Below, one piece after another: positions 40,092 through 50,589 of a DNA stretch of 64,000 bases. Origin of the DNA: Eledone cirrhosa (lineage: Eukaryota); NCBI GenBank assembly GCA_964016885.1, contig OZ024742.1:266228001-266292000 (forward strand). Direction: 5' to 3'. The position numbers were made by a program, and so were the translations under genes. The first letter of the stretch is position 1. Every line of letters starts with the position of its first letter. The notes beneath the pieces were generated by a model, which was not told the DNA's origin, made no database searches, and saw only the letters and a program-made list of their open reading frames with translations.

Positions 40092-41123
40092 CATGCAAGA
40101 AGAAAATTGTGAATGAGGCGCTCAGGGCCTGCATTAAGCCGCTGTGTCAAATGACTAGCTGTTTTGCTATTTATATGTGACCACCCGGCTTCTAATAGAA
40201 AACGAATAAAGTCTGACATGGGTGAAAAGTTGCTGTTCTTGCATTAAATGTTAGTTGTTATGGTAATAGTTTTACCAGTAGCTGTTGTCAATGATGATGC
40301 TGTTCATAGTGTTCTACCAGAGCTGTGTGGATGAAGCTGTTATGGTAATATTCGTTTTACCAGAGCTTTGTAGTTAAAGCTGTTATGGTAGTTTACCAGT
40401 AGCTGTGTACATGCAGGTATCAGCATTTGCCGATTGCTAATTCCGGTGAAGAGAGATCCAACAACTCTAGTGTGGCTGTTCTGCAGCCATTAAATGTGAG
40501 TCAATATTCGCAGGTGTTGGCAAGGAATTGATGGGTAGGCGAGAAATTGTCGGCCTTGTGATTGCCGAAAGTGTTTGACAACCAGGAAAAGTGGCTAAAG
40601 TTGCTTTGAAAAGAAAGCAAGAGATTGAATCTGTTGTTGGGTCATTGGTGATGTAATTGTAGCTGTGTTTCCGCTCTTCGTAAGTGTGGTGGGTACAGCG
40701 GTAAGACTATAACGCTGCCACAATGTTGATACTGTTGCTGCTGAAGGTGACGAAGTTATCATTTTGAAAGCATTTTTCCGTGTGGTTTATGTTAGATTAA
40801 CCAATGTTGTTGCTGCTGCTGCAGTTGTTGAAGTTGTTGATGTTGTTAATGGAAACCATGTTGAAAAAATATTTTTTCGTGCTGTAATTTTTTGAAATAC
40901 AGCTAATTTTTCTCCAAAGGAATGTTTTCTGTGGTGGGTTTATAAGGGAAACAACGTGATGCCATGTTAGCATATCAACAAGAAAGTTTTTACATGGTGT
41001 GTTGTCACAATACAAGAAAGACTGCGTGTGTTTTTTATATTTTTTTTATAACTGCTTATTTCTTTTAGAGGAACATTTCGTTCCCACGGCGGGTCACCAG
41101 TGAAGCAGTATTTAAAATGTTGG

Positions 41124-41446
41124 CACTACAACGCTATTAGCTGTCAGTCGTGAAAGCAGGCGAAGGTGATGTCATTCGTCATCGTTTATTTCCGTATTAC
41201 TACCACCACGCGTAAGTGGAGTTTTCACGCGTTTTTTATTTTTTTTATTAAAGCATATCGATGTAAGTGGAGTTACTTAAATGAAAATATAGGTGGCCCT
41301 TAAAAGGGCCAAATTAGAAAACAAATTTAAGTTAAGTAGAAAACAAGTCATGGTTATCAATGTAGAAACAAGTCATTCATAAATTTAAGTTTTATAATCA
41401 AAAATTTTTTTCACCAACAAATATGACAGCTAATAGCGTTGTATTG
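41124..41446. mobile_element. MITE with 23-bp TIRs (CACTACAACGCTATTAGCTGTCA)
   Basis: TIRs at 41124-41146 and 41424-41446 with one mismatch; no clear TSD. Confidence 0.7.
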
Positions 41447-41485
41447 CTCGCAATTCTGTATCTTTACGTATATTGCGCATAGATA

Positions 41486-41720
41486 CGAGGGTTGACAAAA
41501 ATACTCTCATGGAATGTGACCAAATGAGGTTTATTTTTCAACATAGTCTGCTTTGCGTTCCACACACTTCTTTCATCGGTGTTGCAGTACTGAGATCAAT
41601 GTTTTCCTCGGTAGTGGCAGTTGTAGGACGTCCAGACATTGGGTCATCTTCAAGAATCCCCTATCCTTTCCTAAATTCGGCTGCCCACTTTTGTACAAAG
41701 GAAAATTGTGGTACAATATT
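41486..41720. mobile_element. Tc1/mariner-like end fragment
   Basis: TA|CGAGGG terminus typical of mariner TIRs; the second end was not found. Confidence 0.4.
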
Positions 41721-42484
41721 GTAAGGTCTGCTTATAGCATTATCCATCTTTCAAAAATGAAGGTCCACATTTCGTCGACTTCAATACATTTTATTATATT
41801 TTATTGTATTGTAAACATTAACTTTTATGGACATTTTATTACAAAATTTCAATTTAGTTCGATTTTTTGGAATTTATTTAACAAACATGGAAAAATAAGA
41901 AAAAGAATAAAATAAAAAATAATTTGATTGCCTTTAATAAAGAAGATAAATAGAGTGGAACTGATTTCCAGGTCATACTAATGAAACAAGGTTTTTGCCA
42001 TTACTGATATTATCTGTCTGCCGCAAGTCCTGGTAGAAGATGCTACACGAACTAAAGTATTTTACTGAAGGACGCAACATGCTGCAGGATCGAAGAAACG
42101 AGCCCATGACTTTATAATGGTTAGTCCAGTACCGTAACCCCTAAGGCATGTGCCTTAGAGGTTACGGTACTGGTACACAGAGGAAAGGTAAATCATATTA
42201 TAACAGATTAGATGGGTACTATGTTAGATATTACTGTGTCATATTATACCAAAGAGGAAGTGTGCTGTATAATAAACATTGATATCAGGTTGATTCAATA
42301 ACTACCCGGTCCCAAATATGAACTCATGAACTTATGGTCGTCAGTCAAACACTTTAACCATTGTATGTATGTATGTATACACGTATGGATGGATGGATGT
42401 ATGTATGTGTGTATACTTGTATGTATGGATGGATGGATGTATGCATGTATGTATACATGTATATATATAAGTATGTATGCGTGT

Positions 42485-44910
42485 ATGAGAACAACTGGAA
42501 GGACTTCAGGAGCTCGGTCTATGAGGCTTCAGCAGAGGTCCTTGGCTTTGTCACAAGAAAACAAGGACCGGTTGGTTTGATGAGAATGACCAGGAGGTCA
42601 AGGCTCTGCTAGACAGAAAACAAAAGGTACTTGATGCAGTTCTTAAAGGTGGTAGCTCTGTTGGTGACAATTATGAGCGTTACAGACAGGTAAAGAAAGA
42701 AGTGCAGGTGAAACTCAGGGCTATGCAAAATACCTGGTGGAGCAACAAAGCAGATGAAGTTCAAGTGGCATCTGACGGCAACAATGTGAAACTGCCGCAC
42801 TTTCTACTCACAGGGGTGTATGGCCCTTTCAGCTCTCCAGTGGCCCCTTTGAGATCGAAAGATGGCAAGCAATTACTGCGCGACCCAAAAGACACTCGAC
42901 AGATAGAGAGATCACTTTGATGAGCTCTTAAACCAGCCATCCCAGGTTGATGATGATTTCATTTGTTCCATTCCTATTGAACCAGTGAAGCATATGAGAT
43001 GGCTAATGTATCTTCTCTTGTAGAGGGGACTTCTGTTGTGCATAAGCTGAACTGTGGTAAGTCTCCTGGTATGGATGGTCTGAGTGGAGCGGTTTTGAAG
43101 TGTGGTGGTGAAAACTTCACGCAGCGCCTGACTGACCTCATGAAAATGGTGTGGGAAGATGAGAATGTCCCACAAGAAGGATGCGCTCATGGTGATTCTC
43201 CATAAAGGAAAGGACGGCAAGGATAAATGTGGCAATTATCATGTCATATCCCTTCTTTCAGTAGTAGGTAAAGTCGTGTCGAATATTGATGGATAGATTG
43301 ATCCCAAGAGTTGCTCTGAATGTGTTGCCTGAGTCGCAGTGTGGGTTCAGAAACGAAAGAGGAACAGTGAATATGGTCGTTTCTGCTCGGCAGCTGCAAG
43401 AAAAGTGTATCGAACAATGTATGGACCTTTACCAGGTCTTTGTTGACTTGACAAAGGCCTTTGACACTGTCAATCGAACTGCGTTGTGGGAAAAAAATCC
43501 AAGGTAGGGTAGAAGATTCTGCATCTTTTCCATGATGACATGAAGGCTTTGGTCAGTATTGGTGGTAGCATCTCTAAACCAATATCAGTTGAAAATGGAG
43601 TGAAGCAGGGGGACATTCCAGCTCCAACTCTGTTTTCCTTATATTTTACGATAGTGTTTCTCATGGCATTCAAATATTGTTCTCATGGGGTTTACATCAG
43701 GTATCGCACTTCAGGAAGGTTGTTCAACACCAGGCGCTTTGGTACAAGCACAAAGGTATTAACATCTATAATCCGAGAGTTTTTGTATGCAGACGACTGC
43801 GATCTTTTTGCACACTCACAAAGTGACATGCAGCATATTATGAACTCTTTTTCTGCAGCTTGCAGCACTTTGGGCGTCACAATAAGCTTGGAAAAGACCG
43901 TTGTGATGTATCAGCCAGTACCTGGAAACGAGTACACTGCACCAAGTGTGTACGTGTACGGAAAGAGGCTAAAAGTTGCTGACAAGTTTGTTTACCTTGG
44001 TAGTACGTTGAACACTTCATGCACACATGATAATGAAATATCCTTAAGAATCAAGAAAGCCAGTGATGCTTTTGGACGGCTGCATCAATATTTATGGTCC
44101 AGACGAGGTATCACTATCGAAACCAAGGTGAAAGTGTATCTGACTTGTGTCGTCTCCTCTTTACTTTATGTTTGTGAAACGTTGGTCACATACAGAAAGC
44201 ACCTCAAGGATCTGGAGAGATTTCACCAACAATCTCTTCATAAGTTACTTGGGGTGTGGTGGAAAATGTTCGCCAGTGATTTGGAAGTTCTAGAACGGAG
44301 CAGGTGCGTGACTATAGAGAGCATAATCTTTCGGTATCGGTTGAGGTGGTGCAGTCACGTGGTCCGGATGTCTGATGATCGTATTCCAAAGCAACTTCTC
44401 TATGGAGAACTGTGTGAAGGAAGGCGACCACCACATAAACCAAAAAAGCGGTACCGGGACTGTATCAGGGGCACCTTGGCTTGTGCTGGAATTTCATCTG
44501 ACGAATGGGAGAAAATGGCTGACGAGCGTGTGAAGTGGAGACGTTTGATCAAGTCAGGTGGTGAACATTTTGAAACTCGTCGGAGAGAACACCTAACACT
44601 GAAAAGGAAGGTGAGGATTGAGACTGTTCTGAACTGCCTGCTGTTGAACATCATCTGGTTTGCCAGCACTGTGGTCGAGTCAGCCTGAGCAAAGCTGGTT
44701 TGATTAGACATGAACAAAGTCATATCAGTAGACCTCATGTAGATTATGATCTGAAAAGGTGTAAGAAATGTACAAGTATGGGAGGTCTTAAAAGATACAT
44801 GTGAACATACAGCCAGAACAAAGCAATGGAAGGTTTCGGGGGGAGCCTAAAGTTGCCATGTGTGTGCAAGTATTTGGCTGGTTTAAAGAGTCACATTTGT
44901 GCTTCACATT
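42485..44910 (+). mobile_element. RTE-BovB-type LINE, 5'-truncated ORF2 with frameshifts
   Basis: KSPGMDG, PESQCGFR, RQLQEKC, FVDLTKAFDTVNR, GVKQG..APTLF, LYADDC, FVYLGS, RLRWCSHVVRM..RIPKQLLYGEL. Confidence 0.93.
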
Positions 44911-45545
44911 TTTGAACATTTTATCGGGCGATGGCAATACTTGAACACGAGTTTGCAGCCATCATGTATGTATGTATGTATGTATGTCGGGTCACTCTTG
45001 AGTGCTATTGGTAACATGTAACCCAGTACAACCTGACGCATGGTCGGGTTGTCGGCGACTAAACCGGCAACCCCACCAAGTTTACTTGGTGAGGAGGGTG
45101 ATTTTGGACACCCTGCAGGACAAAAAACAAAACCTGACAAAGGGCGGAAGATCTCATAAGAGTCAACGGCCATCCAAAAGTGTGTAAATATGTATATACA
45201 CATGTATATATGCATGTATATGTGTATATACATGGGTGCATGTGTATGTACATGCGCGGGGACATAGAAATAATCCGGCTGGACACCCGATGGCGCGGTT
45301 AAACCACTGGGAGTGAAAGACCACTAGCCTTTGTCAGGGCATTCTTCTAGGAGAAGTCAACTCAGGAAACTTGGATAACTCCGATATAAAACCAGAGAGT
45401 GGGATTGGCTCAGTGCACAGGCTTTCCTCATTTAAAAAAATATCTTCCTGCACAGGCATTGCACGATAGAATTAATTAATAATGGTATATCGTGCAATGG
45501 TCATACTCGATAACGAGGGGGCAGCCATCATGTATGCATGCATGC

Positions 45546-45592
<47 letters not shown>

Positions 45593-45779
45593 TGTGGGTG
45601 TGTATATATATATATATCTCCATATACATATTTATTCAGCTGATATAGGCTGGATTGGTTGGAATATTCTGACGCGAATTATTTCTGCTCTGTTAAATCG
45701 AAACAAATCTTGACTTTTTATTTGAGGTTTTCTATATAAGAGACCGGGAGACCATGTTGATACTATGAAGGCCATTTGT

Positions 45780-46375
45780 CCTAAGCCGCCTGGACTATTG
45801 CTCCCAGCTGTGGTCACCCTATAGTATCAAACTAACCACGGAACTTGAGACAATCCAACGAAGCTACACCAAGAGGATTGCATGATGAAGGAGATGAGCT
45901 ACTGGGAGAGGCTAAAAGAACTGAAACTCTACTCCTTGGAACGAAGACGGGAGAGATACGCAGTGATATACATATGGAAAATCCTGGAGGGACGAGCGCC
46001 AAACTTTGGTATTGAGAGCGGGACTAACCCCCGAACAGGACGTTACTGTGTGGTGACAAAGGTCCCGTCTTCTAGAACAAGAAGCAGATATTGCAATAGA
46101 CTGGGATTCAAAGGCCCTCAACTCTTCAGCAAACTGCCGAGGGATTTCAGAGATCTACATAGTGTGGCCGTGGATATTTTCAAGAAACTTCTCGACACCC
46201 TGTTATCCAGGATCCCGGATGAGCCCACATCACGGTACGAAGGTAACCTAAGGGCAGCAGCAATGAACTCCCTCTTACATCACTGGCCAGCCAACACAGG
46301 CTGGAGATAGAATGTGTAGCAACAAGGGCAGTGCCCAATCATGGTCTCAGCCGGATGGCTGGAACAACTAAAAGA
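45780..46375 (+). mobile_element. CR1/L2-group LINE 3' fragment
   Basis: SYWERLKELKLYSLERRRERYAVIYIWKIL...GPQLFSKLP...FKKLLDTLLSRIPDEP. Confidence 0.85.
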
Positions 46376-46401
46376 GTATATATATATATTTAATATAGAA
46401 A

Positions 46402-46453
46402 GGCTTCAACAGGACTAGAACTGTTTCATTCGGAGGAAATCATCAGAAAAGCC
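46402..46453 (-). ncRNA. Candidate minimal type I hammerhead ribozyme
   Basis: GGCUUU(U)-CUGAUGA-U-UUC(CUCC)GAA-U-GAAA-CAG(UUCUAGUC)CUG-UU-GAAGCC; folded by eye. Confidence 0.55.
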
Positions 46454-46621
46454 GACTGTCAATATAATATGGTGGTATTTATACATTTTCTGGTGGTAGG
46501 GGAGGGTTGTAAATTGATGCTAAGTAGACACACTGACAGGCACTCCTAATTTTCAAGATTTATTTATTCCAAACAAACAAAGGGTTTTCATTGAGTGGCA
46601 ATATTAAAATGCTCTGCTAAA

Positions 46622-47637
46622 AGATATAAATGTGTGTGTGTGTGTGTGTGTGTTCGTTCAAATTTCAATAATATTAAGACACCCTATAGTGAAAAGTTTG
46701 GCCAATAAATGGAACAAGATTTTACGAATTCCTCCTATGGTTTTGGAGATAGACCCCCATAACCATATATATTCTGAAACTACATTGCCCAGGGTACTTG
46801 TATAAGTATATTTCATTTTAATCAAAGGGTTCATCGGAGCACAAAACCGCCGCTGAAACTTTACCTTCGATTTATATGAAATTTAACCCATAGGTAAATG
46901 ACAAGATATGATGCCTATTCACAAAATTTCAGCAAATTTCAATAAAATTAAAATACCCTAATGGGGGTTAAACCCCCTATTAGGGTTCACCGGTGGCACA
47001 AACCCCTGCTGAAAATGTTTTCCCTTCGATTTATATGCAATTTAAACCATAGGTAGACGACAAGATATGATGCCTATTCACATCATTTCAGCAAATTTCA
47101 ATCAAATAACAATACCTTAATGGGGGTTAAACCCCCTATTAGGGTTCACCAGGGGGCACAAAATCCCCGCTGAAAATTTTTTCGGTTCGATTTATATGTA
47201 ATTTAAACCATAGATAAATGAAGAGATATGATGCCTATTCACAAAATTTCAATACTATAAGACACCTTAATGGTGGCTAAACCCCCTATTAGGGTTCCCC
47301 GGGGGTACAAACCCCCGCTGAAAACTTTTCTCTTTCGATTTATATGAAACTTAAACCATAGGTAAATGACAAGATATGATGCCTATTCACAAAAGTTTTC
47401 AATTGATATTTTGAAAAAAATTATTTACAAGAAACAAAATAAGAATAAGATTTAATAATGCAATTTTGATTTGATATATTACAAAAAATGATGTTTTCCA
47501 ATTTTTCATGCATTATATTTTTACATTGAGCAATATTGAGTTTTTCTCCATAAATTATATCACTGATTTAAAATCAATCATCATTTTCTTACAAAAAAAA
47601 TGTGTGAAACACAGCAAGGCGCTGGTAATTCGGCTAG
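46622..47637 (+). mobile_element. Probable non-autonomous Helitron carrying a ~158-bp tandem array
   Basis: 3' end CAGC-AAGGC-GCTG hairpin, 9 nt, CTAG|T (47634-47638); (TG)n near the presumed 5' end. The 5' boundary is uncertain. Confidence 0.5.
46840..47395 (+). repeat. Tandem repeat, ~3.5 x 150-160 bp, with a palindrome in each unit
   Basis: Units start at ~46840, 46997, 47157 and 47306; the first three carry CCCTAAT-GGGGG-TTAAA-CCCCC-T-ATTAGGG or a close variant. Confidence 0.9.
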
Positions 47638-47669
47638 TATATATATATATGTGAGTGTGTGTATATATA

Positions 47670-48650
47670 TGTGTGAGAGAGGTGTATGTAGAAACTCCAT
47701 CCTCTGCCCCATATGCAAACTATGGGTACACAAGAGATGTAGTGGGATCTCAGGAAGTTTAGTTAAGAATGTAGGCTTTACATGTAGCCGTTGCACCAGG
47801 ACAGTAAGCAGCAAACAATCACTGAAAACAAGTGACATCAAAGTCTGGGAGGACTTGGTAAAAACAATACCAAATTAGCAGCGGAGGGGGGTGTTCTGAA
47901 AGAACGGGATGGAAAAAGTTGAGGGAGTTACTGCCACAGCTGGATACAAAAGGCTTTTCCCTCAGAATAAAAGGTAGACTGTATGATGTGTGCATATGAA
48001 CGGCAATGTTGCATGGTAGTGAGAGCTGGGCGCTGTGTGTAGAAGACTTGTGTAGATTAGAAAGGAATGAAGCTTGTATGCTCCGATGGATGTGTAATAG
48101 TAATATACGCGAACAGCAAAGCATAAACAAACTGAAAGAGAAACTAGGCATAAGAGTAATCAAATGTTGTGTGCAGGAGAGGAGATTATGTTGGTATGGA
48201 CATGTGATTCGTATGAAGGATGACAGCTACATAAAGTCTCAGAAAGACTTGAGATGATGTGATAAAAGCCGACCTTGCCCAATTGCACCTCTGAAAGGCA
48301 ATGTCACAGGACCAAGATCCCTGGCATTATGAGGTAATACAGAAACCCCAACTTCCCACGGGCCCAGGCCAAGGCTGAAACATACATACAGTATGCACCA
48401 CTCCATCCCATCCACCAATATATCTTTCATGAGAACAGGCCGAAACACTGTAAAGTGGTCGTGATGGTGACACGGTAAAAACACCCAGTCCACACTGTAA
48501 AGTAGTCGTGGAGGAATCACAATAAAAAACACCCAGTACTCACTGTAAATGAGCTTGGCATTAGGAAGGGCATCCAGCTGTAGAAACCAAGCCAAAATCA
48601 GTTCTTTATGAGCAAGACATGGTCACCTGACCTAACATTGCCAACAATAG
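47670..48650 (+). mobile_element. RTE-clade LINE 3' fragment (PHD finger, RT C-terminus, 3' UTR)
   Basis: NSILCPICKLWVHKRCSG..FTCSRC; MLHGSESW...RLCWYGHVIRM. Confidence 0.85.
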
Positions 48651-48651
48651 A

Positions 48652-49032
48652 AGGCACATGGCTCAGTGGTTAGAGCATTGGGCTTGCAATTGAAAGGTTG
48701 TGAGTTTAATTCTCGGACCGGGTGATGTGTTGTTTCTTTGAGCAAGACACTTTATTTCACATTGCTCCAGTTTACTCAGCTGTAGAAATGAGATGATAGG
48801 ACTGGGGTCCCTATCATTCCACTGCAAAGTGGTCGTGGAGGTGCCACGGCAAAAAAAAACAAAAACACCCAGCACTCACTGTAAATGAGGTTGGTGTTAG
48901 GAAGAGCATCCAGCTGTAGAAATCAAGACAGAATCAGTTCCCGTATGAGCAAGAAAAGGTCAGCCGACCGGACACTGCCCACAACAGGACAACCCATGCT
49001 AGCGTAGAAGAACTGACATAAAATGATGATGA
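48652..49032 (+). mobile_element. tRNA-derived CORE-like SINE with RTE-derived 3' tail
   Basis: A box tggctcagtggttagagc; degenerate B box gagtttaattc; CORE-like ttgagcaagacactttatttcac..cagtttactcagctgtagaaatg; tail matches the RTE 3' UTR. Confidence 0.8.
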
Positions 49033-49094
49033 AATATAACAGTTTTATAGCTTGCTTGAAGCATTGATGAATAGGAAACACAAATTTAAATTTT

Positions 49095-49432
49095 GAAAAC
49101 CAAGTTGAGGGCCTTTGAACCCCAGGCTATTGCAATAGCTGCTCCTGATTCTAGATGTGGAAGACGGGACCTTTGGTACCACACAGAGACGTCCTGTTCA
49201 AGAATTGGTCCAGCTCTCAATGCGAAAGTTTGGTCTTAGTCCCCCCAGGATTTTCCATATGTATATCATTGCATATCTCTCCCATCTTCATTCCGAGGAG
49301 TAGAGTTTCAGTTCTTTTAGACTCTTCCAGTAGTTTATCTCCTTCATCGTGGCAACCTTCTTGGTGTAGCTTCATTGGATTGCTTCAAGCTCCATGGTTA
49401 GTTTGATACTATGGGATGACCACAGCTGGGAG
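49095..49432 (-). mobile_element. CR1/L2-group LINE fragment, same family as 45780-46375
   Basis: Reverse complement aligns with 45800-46130. Confidence 0.8.
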
Positions 49433-49435
49433 CAT

Positions 49436-49795
49436 TCATCATCATTTCATTTTACGTCCACTTTTTCCCTGCTTGCAAGGGTGGGACGGGAACTGATTCT
49501 GGCTTGATTTCTACAGCTGGATGCCCTTCCTAACACCAACCATTTACAGTGAGTGCTGGGTGTTTTTCCCGTGGCACCTCCACATCCACTTTACAGTGTG
49601 GGCTGGGTGGTTTTTTGCCGTGGCACCTCCACGACTACTTTGCAGTGGAATGATAGGGACCCCAGTCCTATCATCTCATTTCTACAGCTGAGTAAACTGG
49701 AGAAATGTGAAATAAAGTGTCTTGCTCAAGAAAACAACATCACCCGGTCTGAGAATTGAACTCACAACCTTTCGATTGCAAGGCCAATGCTCTCA
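49436..49795 (-). mobile_element. CORE-like SINE, inverted copy of 48652-49032
   Basis: Reverse complement of 48672-48952 over ~300 bp. Confidence 0.8.
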
Positions 49796-49800
49796 ATATG

Positions 49801-49840
<40 letters not shown>

Positions 49841-49869
49841 TATATATAAACTAAAATATACACACACAC

Positions 49870-49900
<31 letters not shown>

Positions 49901-50010
49901 GTAATAATAATACATATGAAGACTAAAATCCAAAGAGGGCTCGATAGGGATAAATATATATCAATTATATAAGAACCGTAGAGCAAATATTTATTAAAAT
50001 TTAAGATTAA

Positions 50011-50062
50011 AGTTTAAGCAAAGAATCGGCTGCTTTCACCCTTAATGGGATCTTCTGAAACT
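50011..50062 (-). ncRNA. Type I hammerhead-like ribozyme fold, copy 1 (core variant CAGAAGA)
   Basis: AGUUU-CAGAAGA-U-CCC(AUUAA)GGG-U-GAAA-GCA(GCCGAUUCUU)UGC-UU-AAACU; all three stems pair. Confidence 0.6.
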
Positions 50063-50379
50063 AAAAAAGATCAATCTGTGAACGCAGAAGTAAATATTTT
50101 GAAAAACGTTGCAACCGGAGGAAGACAGAAAGACGATACTTTGGTTCGTGGAGACGTAGTTTTATGTATTTCTTCCTGCTTGGTACGGGTATGTTCTTTG
50201 TAGGAATATTCAGATGTTTCTGCATGATGAATATAAGTCAATAGATTACTCAGTCAAGGGAGCCAAATAGTAATAATAATAAATTTGAAGACTAACATCC
50301 AAAGAGGGCTCAATAAGGATAAATATATATCAAATATATAAGAACCGTAGAGCAAATATTTATTAAAATAACAGATTAA

Positions 50380-50431
50380 AGTTTAAGCAAAAAATCGGCT
50401 GCTTTCACCCTTAATGGGATCTTCTGAAACT
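50380..50431 (-). ncRNA. Type I hammerhead-like ribozyme fold, copy 2
   Basis: Same as copy 1 except one change in loop III. Confidence 0.6.
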
Positions 50432-50470
50432 AAAAAAAGTCAATCTGTGAACGCAGAAGTAAATATTTCT

Positions 50471-50582
50471 AAGCCGACCTTTCCCAATTGCACCTCTCAA
50501 GGGCAATGACACACGACCATGACCTCTGGCGTCACACAGTAATACAGAAGACCCGACTTTCCAAAGGAACATATAGACAATA
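50471..50582 (-). mobile_element. Short RTE 3' fragment
   Basis: Reverse complement of 11130-11250. Confidence 0.7.
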
Positions 50583-50589
50583 TTTGTTT

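Larger units (their letters stand above)
33500..41110 (-). mobile_element. Older non-autonomous LTR element related to 29282-31715, split by the Gypsy insertion
   Basis: 40092-40640 and 34100-34194 reverse-complement to 30900-31300. PBS-like TGGTGACCCGCCGTG at ~41085-41099. LTR-like segment at 33525-34095. Confidence 0.7.
49900..50469 (-). repeat. 369-bp-period direct repeat (~1.5 units), each copy holding a hammerhead-like fold
   Basis: 49900-50099 recurs at 50269-50468 with few differences. Confidence 0.9.
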
